This document shows positions 36,237 through 47,234 of a stretch of 64,000 nucleotides of DNA, piece by piece. Both the position numbers and the translations under genes were made by a program. Origin of the DNA: Psammoneis japonica (lineage: Eukaryota); contig QPGO01000072.1 in assembly GCA_008632985.1 (NCBI GenBank), positions 186,001-250,000 of the forward strand, in the 5' to 3' direction. Within the stretch, counting starts at the first letter, position 1, and every line of letters starts with the position of its first letter. Below the pieces are notes generated by a model that saw nothing but the letters and a program-made list of their open reading frames with translations, was not told where the DNA came from and did not search any database.

Positions 36237-39200
36237 ATGAACAAAAGGCTAGACTTTGGAAATCTTGAACTGCAAGGTCGAACAGAGGAGTTCAATGTGC
36301 TCTGTGACGCTTATCTACGCGTCAAGAATACCGAAACGCCGTCTTCCGAAATCGTTCTGGTCCGAGGCTACTCGGGGACTGGAAAATCGTCGCTAATTCG
36401 AAAGCTGCAGACGTGGATGCTAGAAACTCAGAATGAGAATGGGTACTTCGTGTCGGGGAAATTTGATCAACAAAGAACAGCTGAGCCGTACTATGCACTT
36501 GCAGTAGCATTCAACGAATTGTGCGATCTAATAGTTGAGGGAGATGCGAGGGAGAAAATCATGGCCGCTTTTGTGGAAGAAGTCGGTTTGAAAGCGAAAG
36601 TGCTACTTGACGTCGTGCCAAATATGAAGCAACTTATTGGAGATGATTTTGCCAGGGACGATGGTAGAAGGGAGAGCACGTCAACGTCGTTGAACCAACT
36701 GAAGTTTGTGTTTCGTGCCTTTGTGCGGAGCGCGTGTGCAGCGATAGTGCAACCCATCGTATTATTCTTGGATGATTTGCAATGGGCCGATGAGGCGTCG
36801 TTGGAGCTGATCACGTCGCTCGTAACTGATTCAGATTCGACTCATTTTCTCTTTCTGGGTTCGTACCGCGACAATGAAATCAGCGAGAATCATCCATTTA
36901 CAAGACACTTGAAAATTATTGAGAGCGGAAATCACATGAGTCTTGTTCACTTGGGTAACTTCGATATCATATCGGTCAATCAATTGATAGCCATTCTGAC
37001 GCAACTGAATCCGATCAAGACTGAGCCTCTCGCCGAAATTGTCCATCACAAAACAAACGGCAACATTTTCTTCGTCCTTCAGTTTTTACGAATGCTTCAA
37101 GGGAATAACCTCCTCTTTTTCTCGTTTCAAACTTTTGAATGGACATGGGACTTGGACAAGATCAAGGCTCAAACGGATCTTACAGACAATGTGGTTGATT
37201 TGGTGTCCAAGAAGATCGAACGGATGTCTACAAAGACATGCGCTGCACTGAAGCTCGCGTCCTGTCTTTGGTCCACATTTGATATAGGTTTAGTACAAGA
37301 TATGTTGCTGAAGGGAAATGCTATTGCTGAACGTGAGGGATTGTCGAGTGATTTAGCTTCCTGTTTGGACGAGGCTGCAGACGAGGGACTGCTCGACAAA
37401 CTGTCTGACACACGTTACAAATTTTCCCACGACCGTATTCGTCAGGCCGCATACGAGCTAATACCGAAAGGACGGGAACGAGAGGAGTTCCACCATTGGA
37501 TTGGGGGAATGCTGTGGGAAATGGCAGAGTCGTCACAAAGTGAAGAATGGATGTACTTTGCTGCGGCTGATCAAATGAATCGCGCTTCCGCTCTAGTCGA
37601 GAAAGAAGAAATACGGGTTGAGTTGGCCAAGCTCAACCTGCTTGTAGCCGAGAAGGCGATTGCGTTGTCTGCCTTTGTTCCTGCTTTGGGATATCTCAAG
37701 GCTGGACTCATTCTGCTTCCAAAGGAGACTCGTTGGCAAGATTACTATGATCTAACGCTGAAGCTGAGCAATCAGTTGTTGGATATGGAACATTGTTGCG
37801 GTCGCTGTGAAGAAACTCAGAAAGTCGCTGATGAGATCTTCTCACATGCCGTGTGTTCGCAAGATAAAGTTGAGGCGCAGTTTACGATGGGGCTCTCTCT
37901 GGTGTCCCAGACAAGGCAGCCTGAAGCCGCGGAGTTGTGCTTTTCGGTATTAGAGAGTTTAGGGGAACGTCTACCAAAACGAGTTTCAAGGATAGCACTT
38001 TCTGTCGAATGCAGCAGACTCTCAAGGGCTCTCAGAGACATGAGCGATGAAGACATTCTAGATCTTCCTCCAATGAAGGAGGACTTCAAGATTGCTGCTG
38101 CCCGGTTTTATGACCTAATGTACAATTGCAAATTTCATGTGGGGTTGATAAGATATGCCTCACTGTTGGCCGTGAGGATGACAAGATTGACGTTGCGATA
38201 CGGGATTTGTGACGAATCGCCTTTCTTCTTTTCATTCTGGGGCCAGGTCATGATAGCCGAAGGTGATATTAGGGGAGGATATCGCTTTGGAAAGCTTGCG
38301 CTCAAGTTGGCTGATCGTGTTAACACCAGAAATGTGAAGGCTCGAACGGCGACCATTGTCAGCACTTTTCTCAGCCACTGGCGGGAACCGTTACAGAATA
38401 GCTTACAACCATTGTTGGATGCACATAGGAGTGCCATGCTAGGTGGCGACATCACCTGGTCATCTCATTGTATTTTGGGCTATCAAACAATGTACTTTTA
38501 TAGCGGTCTCCCTCTGGGAACTGCAGTGGAAGACATGCTGGCTTTCTCAAGACAGATGAAGGAATATAACCAAGAACTGTTTCAAAGAGCTCAGCCACCG
38601 GTCTTGCAGACGATGCTAAACTTGATGGGTCGGTCCAAGCATGATGTGTTGACATTAACGGGCGACGCAATGAATCAAAAAGAATACGAGGACCAACTGG
38701 CGAATCCGCTCGGATTGGGGCTGCAGACTATAGCATCTTGTAGAATGCAACTAGCATACTACTTTGATGACTTGGAGCTTGCAGAAGAGTTATCAAAGAA
38801 GCTTCAGATCAACGCAAAGAATGAAACCTACGTTGCAAGTTATTACACGTGTGTACGGACCATGTTTTTTGGACTTATATCAATTGCTCTTGCTAGAAGA
38901 ACAAAGAAACGAAAGCACTCTTCAAAAGCGCGGAAAATCATCGCCGATATTAAGGAAAAGTGGGTAAGGCGTGGAGCTGTTAATGTTTTGCACAAACTGT
39001 ACCTTCTGGAGGCGGAATACGCGACTCTGAATAATGCTAGCAAGACTGACAATGTGAGAGAAGCATTCGACTCGGCGGTGTCGGCAGCGAGAAGATCTGG
39101 ATTCATCCAAGACGAAGCTCTTGCTAACGAGAGAGCCGGCATATTTTTCTTGGAACGGGGCGACAAGTTTTGGGCCTCGTCCTACTTGTCGCGTGCTCAT

Positions 39201-39386
39201 GAGTTGTACATCGAATGGGGGGCGCAGGCCAAAGCCGATGATCTCGAGAAGAATCATGGCCTGACAGTGATGACCACCCACGAGGAGCAGCACGTCTCCC
39301 ACCTGAGGGGACGGCAGCATTTTTCAGATGAGCCAACCAAGTGCCACAAGGCTCTTGACTCGAACCACCTTTTTCACAATGCGTAA
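36237..39386 (+). CDS. STAND/AAA_16-type ATPase, COG3899-like, copy 2
   Basis: 1049-aa intronless ORF colinear with copy 1, with the same motifs (GYSGTGKS, LFLDDLQWAD, FSHDRIRQAAY). Confidence 0.9.
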   Translation: MNKRLDFGNLELQGRTEEFNVLCDAYLRVKNTETPSSEIVLVRGYSGTGKSSLIRKLQTWMLETQNENGYFVSGKFDQQRTAEPYYALAVAFNELCDLIVEGDAREKIMAAFVEEVGLKAKVLLDVVPNMKQLIGDDFARDDGRRESTSTSLNQLKFVFRAFVRSACAAIVQPIVLFLDDLQWADEASLELITSLVTDSDSTHFLFLGSYRDNEISENHPFTRHLKIIESGNHMSLVHLGNFDIISVNQLIAILTQLNPIKTEPLAEIVHHKTNGNIFFVLQFLRMLQGNNLLFFSFQTFEWTWDLDKIKAQTDLTDNVVDLVSKKIERMSTKTCAALKLASCLWSTFDIGLVQDMLLKGNAIAEREGLSSDLASCLDEAADEGLLDKLSDTRYKFSHDRIRQAAYELIPKGREREEFHHWIGGMLWEMAESSQSEEWMYFAAADQMNRASALVEKEEIRVELAKLNLLVAEKAIALSAFVPALGYLKAGLILLPKETRWQDYYDLTLKLSNQLLDMEHCCGRCEETQKVADEIFSHAVCSQDKVEAQFTMGLSLVSQTRQPEAAELCFSVLESLGERLPKRVSRIALSVECSRLSRALRDMSDEDILDLPPMKEDFKIAAARFYDLMYNCKFHVGLIRYASLLAVRMTRLTLRYGICDESPFFFSFWGQVMIAEGDIRGGYRFGKLALKLADRVNTRNVKARTATIVSTFLSHWREPLQNSLQPLLDAHRSAMLGGDITWSSHCILGYQTMYFYSGLPLGTAVEDMLAFSRQMKEYNQELFQRAQPPVLQTMLNLMGRSKHDVLTLTGDAMNQKEYEDQLANPLGLGLQTIASCRMQLAYYFDDLELAEELSKKLQINAKNETYVASYYTCVRTMFFGLISIALARRTKKRKHSSKARKIIADIKEKWVRRGAVNVLHKLYLLEAEYATLNNASKTDNVREAFDSAVSAARRSGFIQDEALANERAGIFFLERGDKFWASSYLSRAHELYIEWGAQAKADDLEKNHGLTVMTTHEEQHVSHLRGRQHFSDEPTKCHKALDSNHLFHNA

Positions 39387-39584
39387 CGCCGCGCTATGGA
39401 AAGTGAAAAGATGTGTGCTCGGAAGTTCATGCCATGAATTTGCAGGTCAAGCAACAATTGCCTTACTATCAGTTGGATTGAGATGAGCCCATTTCATAGG
39501 TTTGGGCTGTCAGTAGATTGAAATAGATAGAATAGTCACAGCAAGAAGTCAGGTGTAAACGGCAGTTCCGCGGTTCAGTCGGAT

Positions 39585-39730
39585 AGTTCGTGACAAATTT
39601 TAGTCGTTGTAGTCATGCAGAACATTTGTTCACAAACGATCCTGAAAATGTTCAAACATTGCACATTGACGTTTCACGTCGTCCTTGCGGATCTTTGAGC
39701 GCGGAATCATTGTGGAAGCAAGAAGCGTCT
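39585..39730 (+). repeat. Diverged direct repeat, copy A (partner at 51211-51375)
   Basis: agttcgtgacaaattttagtcg.tgtagtcat...catttgttcaca.acgatcctgaa...tgcggatctttga...agcaagaagcgt is shared with 51211-51375. Confidence 0.8.
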
Positions 39731-40039
39731 GAGACTGTTACTCACCGAGAAAAGAGATGGTCGCATGAAAGGGCGAATCGTCTGCAGTGGGAAACCGACC
39801 CGAGAGTGGCCAGACAAAGACAAGTCAACCGGCCCCACTGGTGCATCCTCAGAAAGAACACGGCTGCGGCGATTGTGGTTGGCGCATGTGAAGAGCTCGA
39901 TGTCATGAGCACTGATGCACCAAACAGGCAAAGACCAGATCATGATGAAAATTGCAAGAGCATTGGGCAGCAACATGCATGTGTGGCGCTGGAAAAGGGA
40001 AAGAGAGTCCACTGCGTCCAAGTCATTGAGTCTGTTTGC

Positions 40040-40680
40040 AGCAGGAAGATTGCAGCTTTGCTGCAGCACAAGCCATCTCACAAAGACTTGAAGAAGATGG
40101 GGTTCAATTCAACCCATGTGATCCATGCATTGCAAACCGAACAGTCAGTGGCAAGCAGCAAACTGTCTGACTCCATGTGGACGACCTGTTGTCCTCGAGC
40201 CATGAGAGCTCAAAAGCAAACTGCCAATTTATGAGCTGGCTAAACAAGATGTGTGGAAGCCATGATGGTGAAGCTGACACTGTGCAAGGGAAGAGACATG
40301 GTAGCCTTGGCATGACCCTGCACTTTCAGGCACAACACAAGGTGAAAATCCACATGATTGACTGTGTTCACAAGATGATTGATCAGTTTCCAGAGCAGAT
40401 CAACAGCACAGATGCTGCCAGCCATGATGCCAGCTGGAGAGAACACATTTGGCATCAGTGGTGCCAGATTGCCAAACAAGAAGGCACAGACCTTCCCCAT
40501 GCATGGGTGGTCAAGAGGCTGTTTGTGTCCAAGAGAGGCTGTGTGGATGTGCACCGCTGTTGCCACATCTCATGCACGCGAGTCAGAGAACCCACCAATG
40601 AGGATTGGGGAAAGCCAGTCCATTGTCTCAAGCATGTGAACCAGACACAAAGAAATGAATTTGCTGCATTGAGCAGAAAG
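40040..40680 (+). mobile_element. Degenerate Copia (CoDi-like) reverse transcriptase fragment
   Basis: WLNKMCG...GKRHGSLGMTLHF...KVKIHMIDCVHKMIDQFPE and LFVSKRG...CTRVREPTNEDWGK...CLKHVNQT correspond to Copia RT palm/thumb motifs with Y->C/H changes. Confidence 0.75.
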
Positions 40681-41489
40681 GTGCTTTTCAGCAGGTGTTG
40701 AAGGCAGAGACCATCCCTTGTCAAAACTCCAGATGGCAGACAGCATCATGCACACCCAATTCTGGGTGCAGCTCCCCCAACTGTGACAAGGAAAAAGCTG
40801 TGGCACATGTGGATGAATGTCTGGTGGGAGCCAGTGACATGAGGGGAAAGCACTGAAAAGATGACCACACGCATGGTGATGAATCAGATTTGTTCGAGTC
40901 TGATGGGGACAATTGTTCCAACACAGGAGGTGAGTGTCAAGGCATTCTTGCAAAGTTGGCATGGTGGGCAACCGCAACAAAAAAGCAGGGCACAGACTCC
41001 ACTGAACACAATGCTTCCCAGTTACAAACACATGATGTCTGGGAAGGAGCGCTTTTGACACTCATGAAGTGCTTCTGCAGATGAGACTAAGTCGTCTTCC
41101 TTCCAAGAAATGCCACCACACATTTTAAATTTTCTGCTTGAAAGTCTCAGGTCACACAGAACAAGACCACGTGGCCACACAAATCATGGATGATCCCAGC
41201 CCCTTGAGGACAACTGACACCATTGTGCGCGAAACAGAATCAGGTTCTCATCAATGCTGACATTGATTTCCCTTGAATGACAGCTGTCTTTCTGCATCCA
41301 TCGCATTGAAGCAATCCTTCTTATGACCCCATTTCCAGTCTTGTTTCTGACAGTCTCTGCTGCAGTGCTTGATGCACTTGCACTGCGCACATTGTTTGGC
41401 AGGTTTTTTGCAGCAAAAGAAGCAGCGAGAATCTACAAAATTTTTAGTTTTTTCAATGTTTCCATCCAGGAATTTTCCAGAGTTTCATT

Positions 41490-42130
41490 GCCAGAACAAG
41501 GCTTCTGGAGTGGGACAGTGTCCAGCAAAGCAGACACTCCCAAACTCTGCTTCTGCCATTTCTAGCATCACACTAGAAAGGAGGTCTTGTGCATCATGTT
41601 CACCATTCACAGCAGCCTCTTTCAACCAATGCACAGCATGATGGAGTGACTTTTTCAATCTGCTGCCCCCCCTTGCAAAAGCAGAGCCCCAGCGAATGCT
41701 GGCCATTCCTGTGGTGTTGAGCGGCAGAGAGTGCCACCGAAAATGCAGCTTCGGGATTGCTTTCACATTCGTCACACATCAATTGGCTCAGACAAAACTG
41801 AGATGTTGCACAGCCCATCTCTGCTGCTTGTAGAAGGTGCTTCTTGGCTGTTCCCTTGCATTTCTCCATGCCTTCCCCTGCCAAGTGGCAACATCCCAAA
41901 GTCCTTTGCAACCTCACATGACCATGCTCCACAGCATGATGGCACCACTCGAATCCTTTTTCATCATCTACAACTGTGCCACTCTCATCTTTGTTCACAC
42001 ATGTCTCAGCCAAAGCCACCTCAACCCAAACTTTTCCACTCTTTGCATGGTTGAGATGCTGCTCAATTCTCTTCTCCATGGAATCGGCAAATGGTGTCCT
42101 GCAATGGGGGCATTTTGAAAAGTCAACCTC
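41490..42130 (-). pseudogene. Sel1-like repeat protein relic (preceded by a CPxCR RING-like end)
   Basis: CPHCRTPF...KGFEWCHHAVEHGH..LQRTLGCCHLAGEGMEK..TAKKHLLQAAEMG..SQFCLS...GQHSLGLCF..HAVHWLKEAA matches the Sel1 consensus with Tyr replaced by Cys/His. Frameshifted. Confidence 0.75.
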
Positions 42131-43059
42131 AGCACCACCCACACGTGTCTGCAATGACAATGACAAAAAAAACTGGAAATCTGTTTTACCGCTGCCTTGC
42201 CACCACCCACACCAACACCGACCACAGCAGACCCACGTTTCCCAGTGCCCACAAAGGGCAGCAGGGACAATTTGGGCACCACTGAACGTTGTCAGAAAGA
42301 CAATGCCATTGACACATTGTCCAAAGGCAATGCCATTGGTGCATCATCAGAAAGAGGCTGTTTGTTTTAAGTCAGAATGGCAACTGACCAGATGCTTGTT
42401 ACACAGCAACCACAGTTGCTGTGCCTCAAAGAATGGACAAGCCCAGCCACACCACTTGGGAGACACCAAAACAAACACTGCAGAAAACCAAACACACGTC
42501 CATCTCCAAAGATGATGTGCTTGAAGAGATGTGAGAGAAATTCCTGGGATGAAAAACACCCCTGGGATGAAAAAACACCCAAGAAAGTCCAACATGGACC
42601 CCAACGAAGGAAAAGGAAATGATGGTCAGAGTCGTTGGATGAAACTTCCGTCATGCACAGAATTGTGCAGAAATTGTGTGCTGAAGCTGCAACATCAAAG
42701 AGCAAGAGGAGCAACACCAAGACTTGGAAATTCGGACCACTTGGAAGACCCATGACGACCCACTTTGGAACACCGTAGAATGTCCATCATCAATTGCAGT
42801 GTGTTGGAAAGAAAACTCAAAGGAAGTGAACTGGTGAGAAGAACAAGAGGACAAACCTGACACAGTCGTTGACTCGAAATTCTGGCCAAACGCACAGAAA
42901 TGTGCGTGAAATTTGCACTGAAATGACTGACTTGGGAAATTGCTGAATCGCACAGAATTTAATGTAGAAAACATGCTGACATCAGGAAAGAAAATGTGCA
43001 AAGAGATGCAACACACCATGGTGGCACCACTCCCCCGAATGTAGAAACAACAGAGTGTC

Positions 43060-43300
43060 CCCTCTGATGCCTTTTGGTTTTTCTGTCATTGGCACAACTG
43101 CCCAATGTCCCAAAGTGCCTGAGGAGGTTGGCATGCCACCACACTCTCACATGGGACTCTCACATGGGACAATCCCACTGGCGATTGTGCAGAATTGTGT
43201 GACAACAATGACAGCATTGGCTGGAAGTTCTTCCTGAATGGGCATTTGTCTGAGCATCCTCAGCACATGTGGGCTCCACAGCATGACATTCGAACATTCA
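43060..43300 (+). mobile_element. Possible non-LTR retrotransposon C-terminal relic
   Basis: Only the short motif DSIGWKFFLNGHLS, reminiscent of the IGW..F..G.LS motif after the zinc knuckle of diatom non-LTR elements. Confidence 0.3.
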
Positions 43301-43751
43301 TTTCTTTGTCGCATTGCACTTCCAGGTCTGAGAACACCTCCAAACATGTGATGCATGCCCCTTCTGTGTCGTTTTGCAGTCTCTTGACTTTGCCACTGCT
43401 TTTTGCTCTGCTTCCTGTTGTGTCTTCTTCACCCTGTCAATTTCTTCAATTTCAACCAGCAGTTCATGACATTTTGCCACTGTGATTTGCTGAAGTTTCA
43501 GCCTGTCTTTGGGAAGAATGCTCTTTGAATTGAGTTTTTTGGTGAGCTGCGCAAGGTCAGCTGCCAAGAGCTTGCAACATTTGTCCCTCTACATTGTAAA
43601 AGGCAATGCTCTGAGGCTCAATTTCTCAGGCGCAGGCTCTTGTTGTGTGGATGAGGATCAGCACCGATTTGTGAGCTGATCAAAGAATTTCCTTTGCACA
43701 GCTTCACAGAACAAGGTCAACTCCAACCAGCCGAGATCTTGTCATGATCAA

Positions 43752-44139
43752 GGGGGGTTGTCCCCATGTTTGTCCTGGAATTGTCATGGCATTTGAACAA
43801 GGACATTTGTGGTTTTATTTTTGAATGCAAAAATCACTTGCATTCACCCCCGATCGCACATGAAACTGAGAACATCAGGCACCACGATCGAAGCATGATG
43901 ATGATGGCAATGTCGACACAGCTCAAAAACGCAGTGGTCCATTCTCAAACATTTGATGCACATGTGACCTTTGATGCACAACAAACATGAAACAAATCAG
44001 AGTTGACAGACACACCACCTCTGTCACAGATTCATGGCTTGATGTTTTCGCCAAGGTGAAGCACCACGAAAATCAGGAAAAATCATGTGAGTCACAAGCC
44101 ACTCGGTTGCATTTGAGCCAAAAAAGCAGCAAATGACCC
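43752..44139. mobile_element. MITE copy 2 (family of 1162-1542)
   Basis: TCAA|GGGGGGTTGT...AATGACCC|TTGA; internal sequence colinear with copies 1 and 3. Confidence 0.75.
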
Positions 44140-44201
44140 TTGATCAACTCCAACTAAAATTTTGACCATCCACGTTTTTTTGCTCATTTGCGCATGATCA
44201 A

Positions 44202-44604
44202 GGGGGGTCATCCTCGTGTTTGTCCTGCCTGGAATTGCCCCGTGGCACCCAAATGAGAGCATTTGCAGCGTTCCTTTTTGAATGCAAAAATTGTTTGCAT
44301 TCACCCCCAATCATGCAGGAAAATGAGAACATCAGGCACTGCGATCAAAGCATGGCAATGACGGTGATGTCATGACATGGCTCAAAAATGCAGCGATCCA
44401 TCCTCAAACATTTGATGCATGTGTGACCTTTGAGACACACAACGAACACAAAACAAATGAGAGTTGACAGATGGGCCACCTCCTTCACAGACTTGTGGCT
44501 TGATGTTTTCACCATGGTAAAGCACGGTGAAAATCAGGAAAAATCATGCAAATCACCAGCCACTTGGTCAAATTTGAGCCAAAAAAAGTGGCAAATGACC
44601 CCCC
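44202..44604. mobile_element. MITE copy 3 with perfect 10-bp TIRs
   Basis: TCAA|GGGGGGTCAT ... ATGACCCCCC|TTGA. Confidence 0.8.
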
Positions 44605-45707
44605 TTGACTCCCACGACAGGGGCTGACTCCTCCAATCGGTTCATCTGGTGACACAATCTCTCTCCAATGTTGACCCCTTCAAACATTTGAGCCTCCTCT
44701 AGAGAGAGTTTCAAAGCCCATTCTCTGCTCTCTGTGATGTTCACATTTTGTTCCCACAACAATCAAATCAGATTTATTTTCTCGGATGCAATCAGCAGGG
44801 TGGCTCTTCTTGATGTTGCCATTGACCATGTGCAAGCAGTCACGCTCCCCCCCCCCAAAAAAAAAGTTTGCAGATGCACCCACGCATGACCTTCATTTTG
44901 GTTTGGAGGCACTTTGCATTCACACAAGTCCTCACAGTGTGAATCGTGATGCAGCTTCATTCACAAAGCAAAGGTGCCCCCCATTTGCCACCGAGTGTGA
45001 GATCCGCGGCCATTGCCGTGTCTCCTTCACAGCCCAAGAGTCAACAGACAAAGGAGGTGAAGCACACAGTGTGGGGTGATGGGCTGCTGTTGATGGCAAC
45101 GGAGACATGCGTCTTCAAGTGGGGTGTGATGGGCCAAACTGCAGTGGGAGCTCTGAAGAGAAGAAAAACATGTCAGTGCCGAAGTGCCGATGCTTCCTGA
45201 GCCCGTGGAAAGCACAAAACAGAGGATGTGACTCTCACTCAACATGAGGCTCTTATTTTCTGTTGTTAGCGCAAGTGGTGTCGGGGAGAGACAGCGTCTT
45301 GTTGAACAGTGACAATGTCAAAAGAGGAGGTCGATAGACGACAGACGATACAGCACCGGTAAAGCGTGGTTTTGTCGTGGTAAAAAGCGGAGCCTGCTCG
45401 CTCTGTGCTCTGGAGGGTACTGTACACACACACGGTACTGTAGTTACAGCAATTCAACGTCCGGGTTACTTCCGGGCTTGTGGACAGACCCATCGCCAAA
45501 AATCTGATGAACGACACAGCTGATGACTGAAAACCATCGCATCACAGAGATGACACAATCCACAGAAAACCCTGAAGAAGAAGGTCTCTGTTCTGTTTGC
45601 ACTTCTTGTCGACGCTTTACGATTGATCTCATTTTTGGACGATACGCAGTATCTCTAAGCGTTGAGGCCAACGACAGCAGAAAACGCATACCGGTTTCTC
45701 CAAGAAA

Positions 45708-46943
45708 ATGGCAGAAGCGCCGACCACCGTTCGTCGCAGCGATGCTGTTCTTCACGACACGAATCTTATTATCTACGGCGATCGCAACTCTATCACCGGC
45801 TTCAATATTGCGGTTCATGGGAACGACAATGTCATAAGCCTTCCTGCTAATTACAACGATGTTGGTGCAATTGTGCAACGTGTTCAAAACGGCTTTCTTG
45901 GAAACGGCTTGTTTGAAACAGGACTGACGGTTATAGGCAACGGCAACGACATCACTTATAACTACGCCAAGGTCACTGGCAATGGAAATGTTATCCATGG
46001 CAGGGATGCAACGGTTGAAGGGGACAGAAATAGCTTGAACGGTCCGTACTCAAAAGTGAAAGGAGATTCCAACTTTGTCGAAGGAAACGACGGAGTTGTG
46101 ACCGGAGACGACAACGAAATCAAGGGACGATGGTGTAAAGTGACCGGAAACCGCAACACCATTTTCGATGGCGATAATTCTAAAGTGGAAGGTCATTCTA
46201 ATACGGTGAACGGACGATATGCATATGTCCGAGGCAATCGAAATACAGTCGTTGGACATCATTGTAATGCTCAAGGAAATCACAATACATTGAGCGGACG
46301 ATATGCCAGCGCCCGCGGGGATCAAAACAAGGTCGACGGATACCATTCCAGCGCTAACGGTAACAACAATGCAGTTGCAGGAGAAGAAGCCGATGCCTAT
46401 GGCATTGGAAACACCATCAATGGCGTACCTGCCGATCAGGCGCTACAGGAACGCAGGCAGCAGCGTCAACACCGCATGGATCAACTCCAACAATTCCTGC
46501 AGCAGCGACCTGGGTCAGTGAATGAACAGCTAGAATACGCGCAGCTCCAAAGTGCCCAGCAGGCACAAGACACCATGCAGCAGGCCCGACACATACAGCA
46601 ACAGTTTGAGCAGCAATTCCAGAATATCTTTCAACCACTCCAATTTATGCAATTCCCAACCGCCCAGCAACCCCAGATTGTTGCTCCTCCCGCAGCTGCG
46701 ACTGTCCATCATCAGCCCACAATTCAGTTGAAGCTTCGTGGTGAGGATGAGACGGTGGCCGACAAGGACGATAATGTCTGCTACGTTTGCCATGACAACA
46801 AGGCTGTCGTGGTGTCCACTTGCTGCTACAAACTTATCAGTTGTATGGAATGCGCACGCATTCTCTATGAGAACAAGCCGGTTGGAGACGTTTCCTGCAT
46901 GAACTGCAGAGCGGTGGTTCGAGAGGTGGCGCGCATCTTTTAG
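45708..46943 (+). CDS. Protein with xxNxVxG heptad beta-roll repeats, Gln-rich linker and C-terminal RING-like finger
   Basis: 411-aa intronless ORF with normal Tyr. About 20 repeats such as GNRNTVV/GHSNTVN/GDSNFVE. C-terminus CYVC...STCC...SCMEC...SCMNCR. Confidence 0.8.
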   Translation: MAEAPTTVRRSDAVLHDTNLIIYGDRNSITGFNIAVHGNDNVISLPANYNDVGAIVQRVQNGFLGNGLFETGLTVIGNGNDITYNYAKVTGNGNVIHGRDATVEGDRNSLNGPYSKVKGDSNFVEGNDGVVTGDDNEIKGRWCKVTGNRNTIFDGDNSKVEGHSNTVNGRYAYVRGNRNTVVGHHCNAQGNHNTLSGRYASARGDQNKVDGYHSSANGNNNAVAGEEADAYGIGNTINGVPADQALQERRQQRQHRMDQLQQFLQQRPGSVNEQLEYAQLQSAQQAQDTMQQARHIQQQFEQQFQNIFQPLQFMQFPTAQQPQIVAPPAAATVHHQPTIQLKLRGEDETVADKDDNVCYVCHDNKAVVVSTCCYKLISCMECARILYENKPVGDVSCMNCRAVVREVARIF

Positions 46944-47234
46944 ACGTAGACATTTCGACTTTCTTATCGGCTGGCAACGTGCAACTGAGAGAACAGGAGT
47001 GATTGGTTTGCAAAGTACGCATGTGTTGAACGCTAGCGTACGTACGTCCAACGCTCGCCTTCTAAACTTAGTAAACAATGTGGTAACAAATGACCGTGCA
47101 CTTTGTCATCTGCTTTGAGGCATTTTCAGTGTAGGTTCGGTGATTTCCACTTGATGACTGCCCAACAGTCTCTTGCGTCGATAGTGCTGGCAATGAGTGA
47201 AGGATGTTTCATCCTGTGAGAGTTGTCCGGTTAG

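Larger units (their letters stand above)
39750..45250. other. Hypermutated repeat/pseudogene domain 3
   Basis: TpA is nearly absent and CpG reduced. ORFs in all frames are Tyr-free and Cys/His-rich. TpA returns at about 45253. Confidence 0.88.

Noticed and set aside
27807..39386. Bacterial contamination or a fresh horizontal transfer of COG3899-like ATPases
   Set aside because: The genes are contiguous with intron-containing genes and eukaryotic TEs, are tandemly duplicated locally, and show no operon context.
47090..47234. Possible U3/box C/D snoRNA (ATGACC start, TGATGA, GAGTGA)
   Set aside because: No box A (GGATCA) and no properly placed box C/D pair. It cannot be supported without a covariance-model search.
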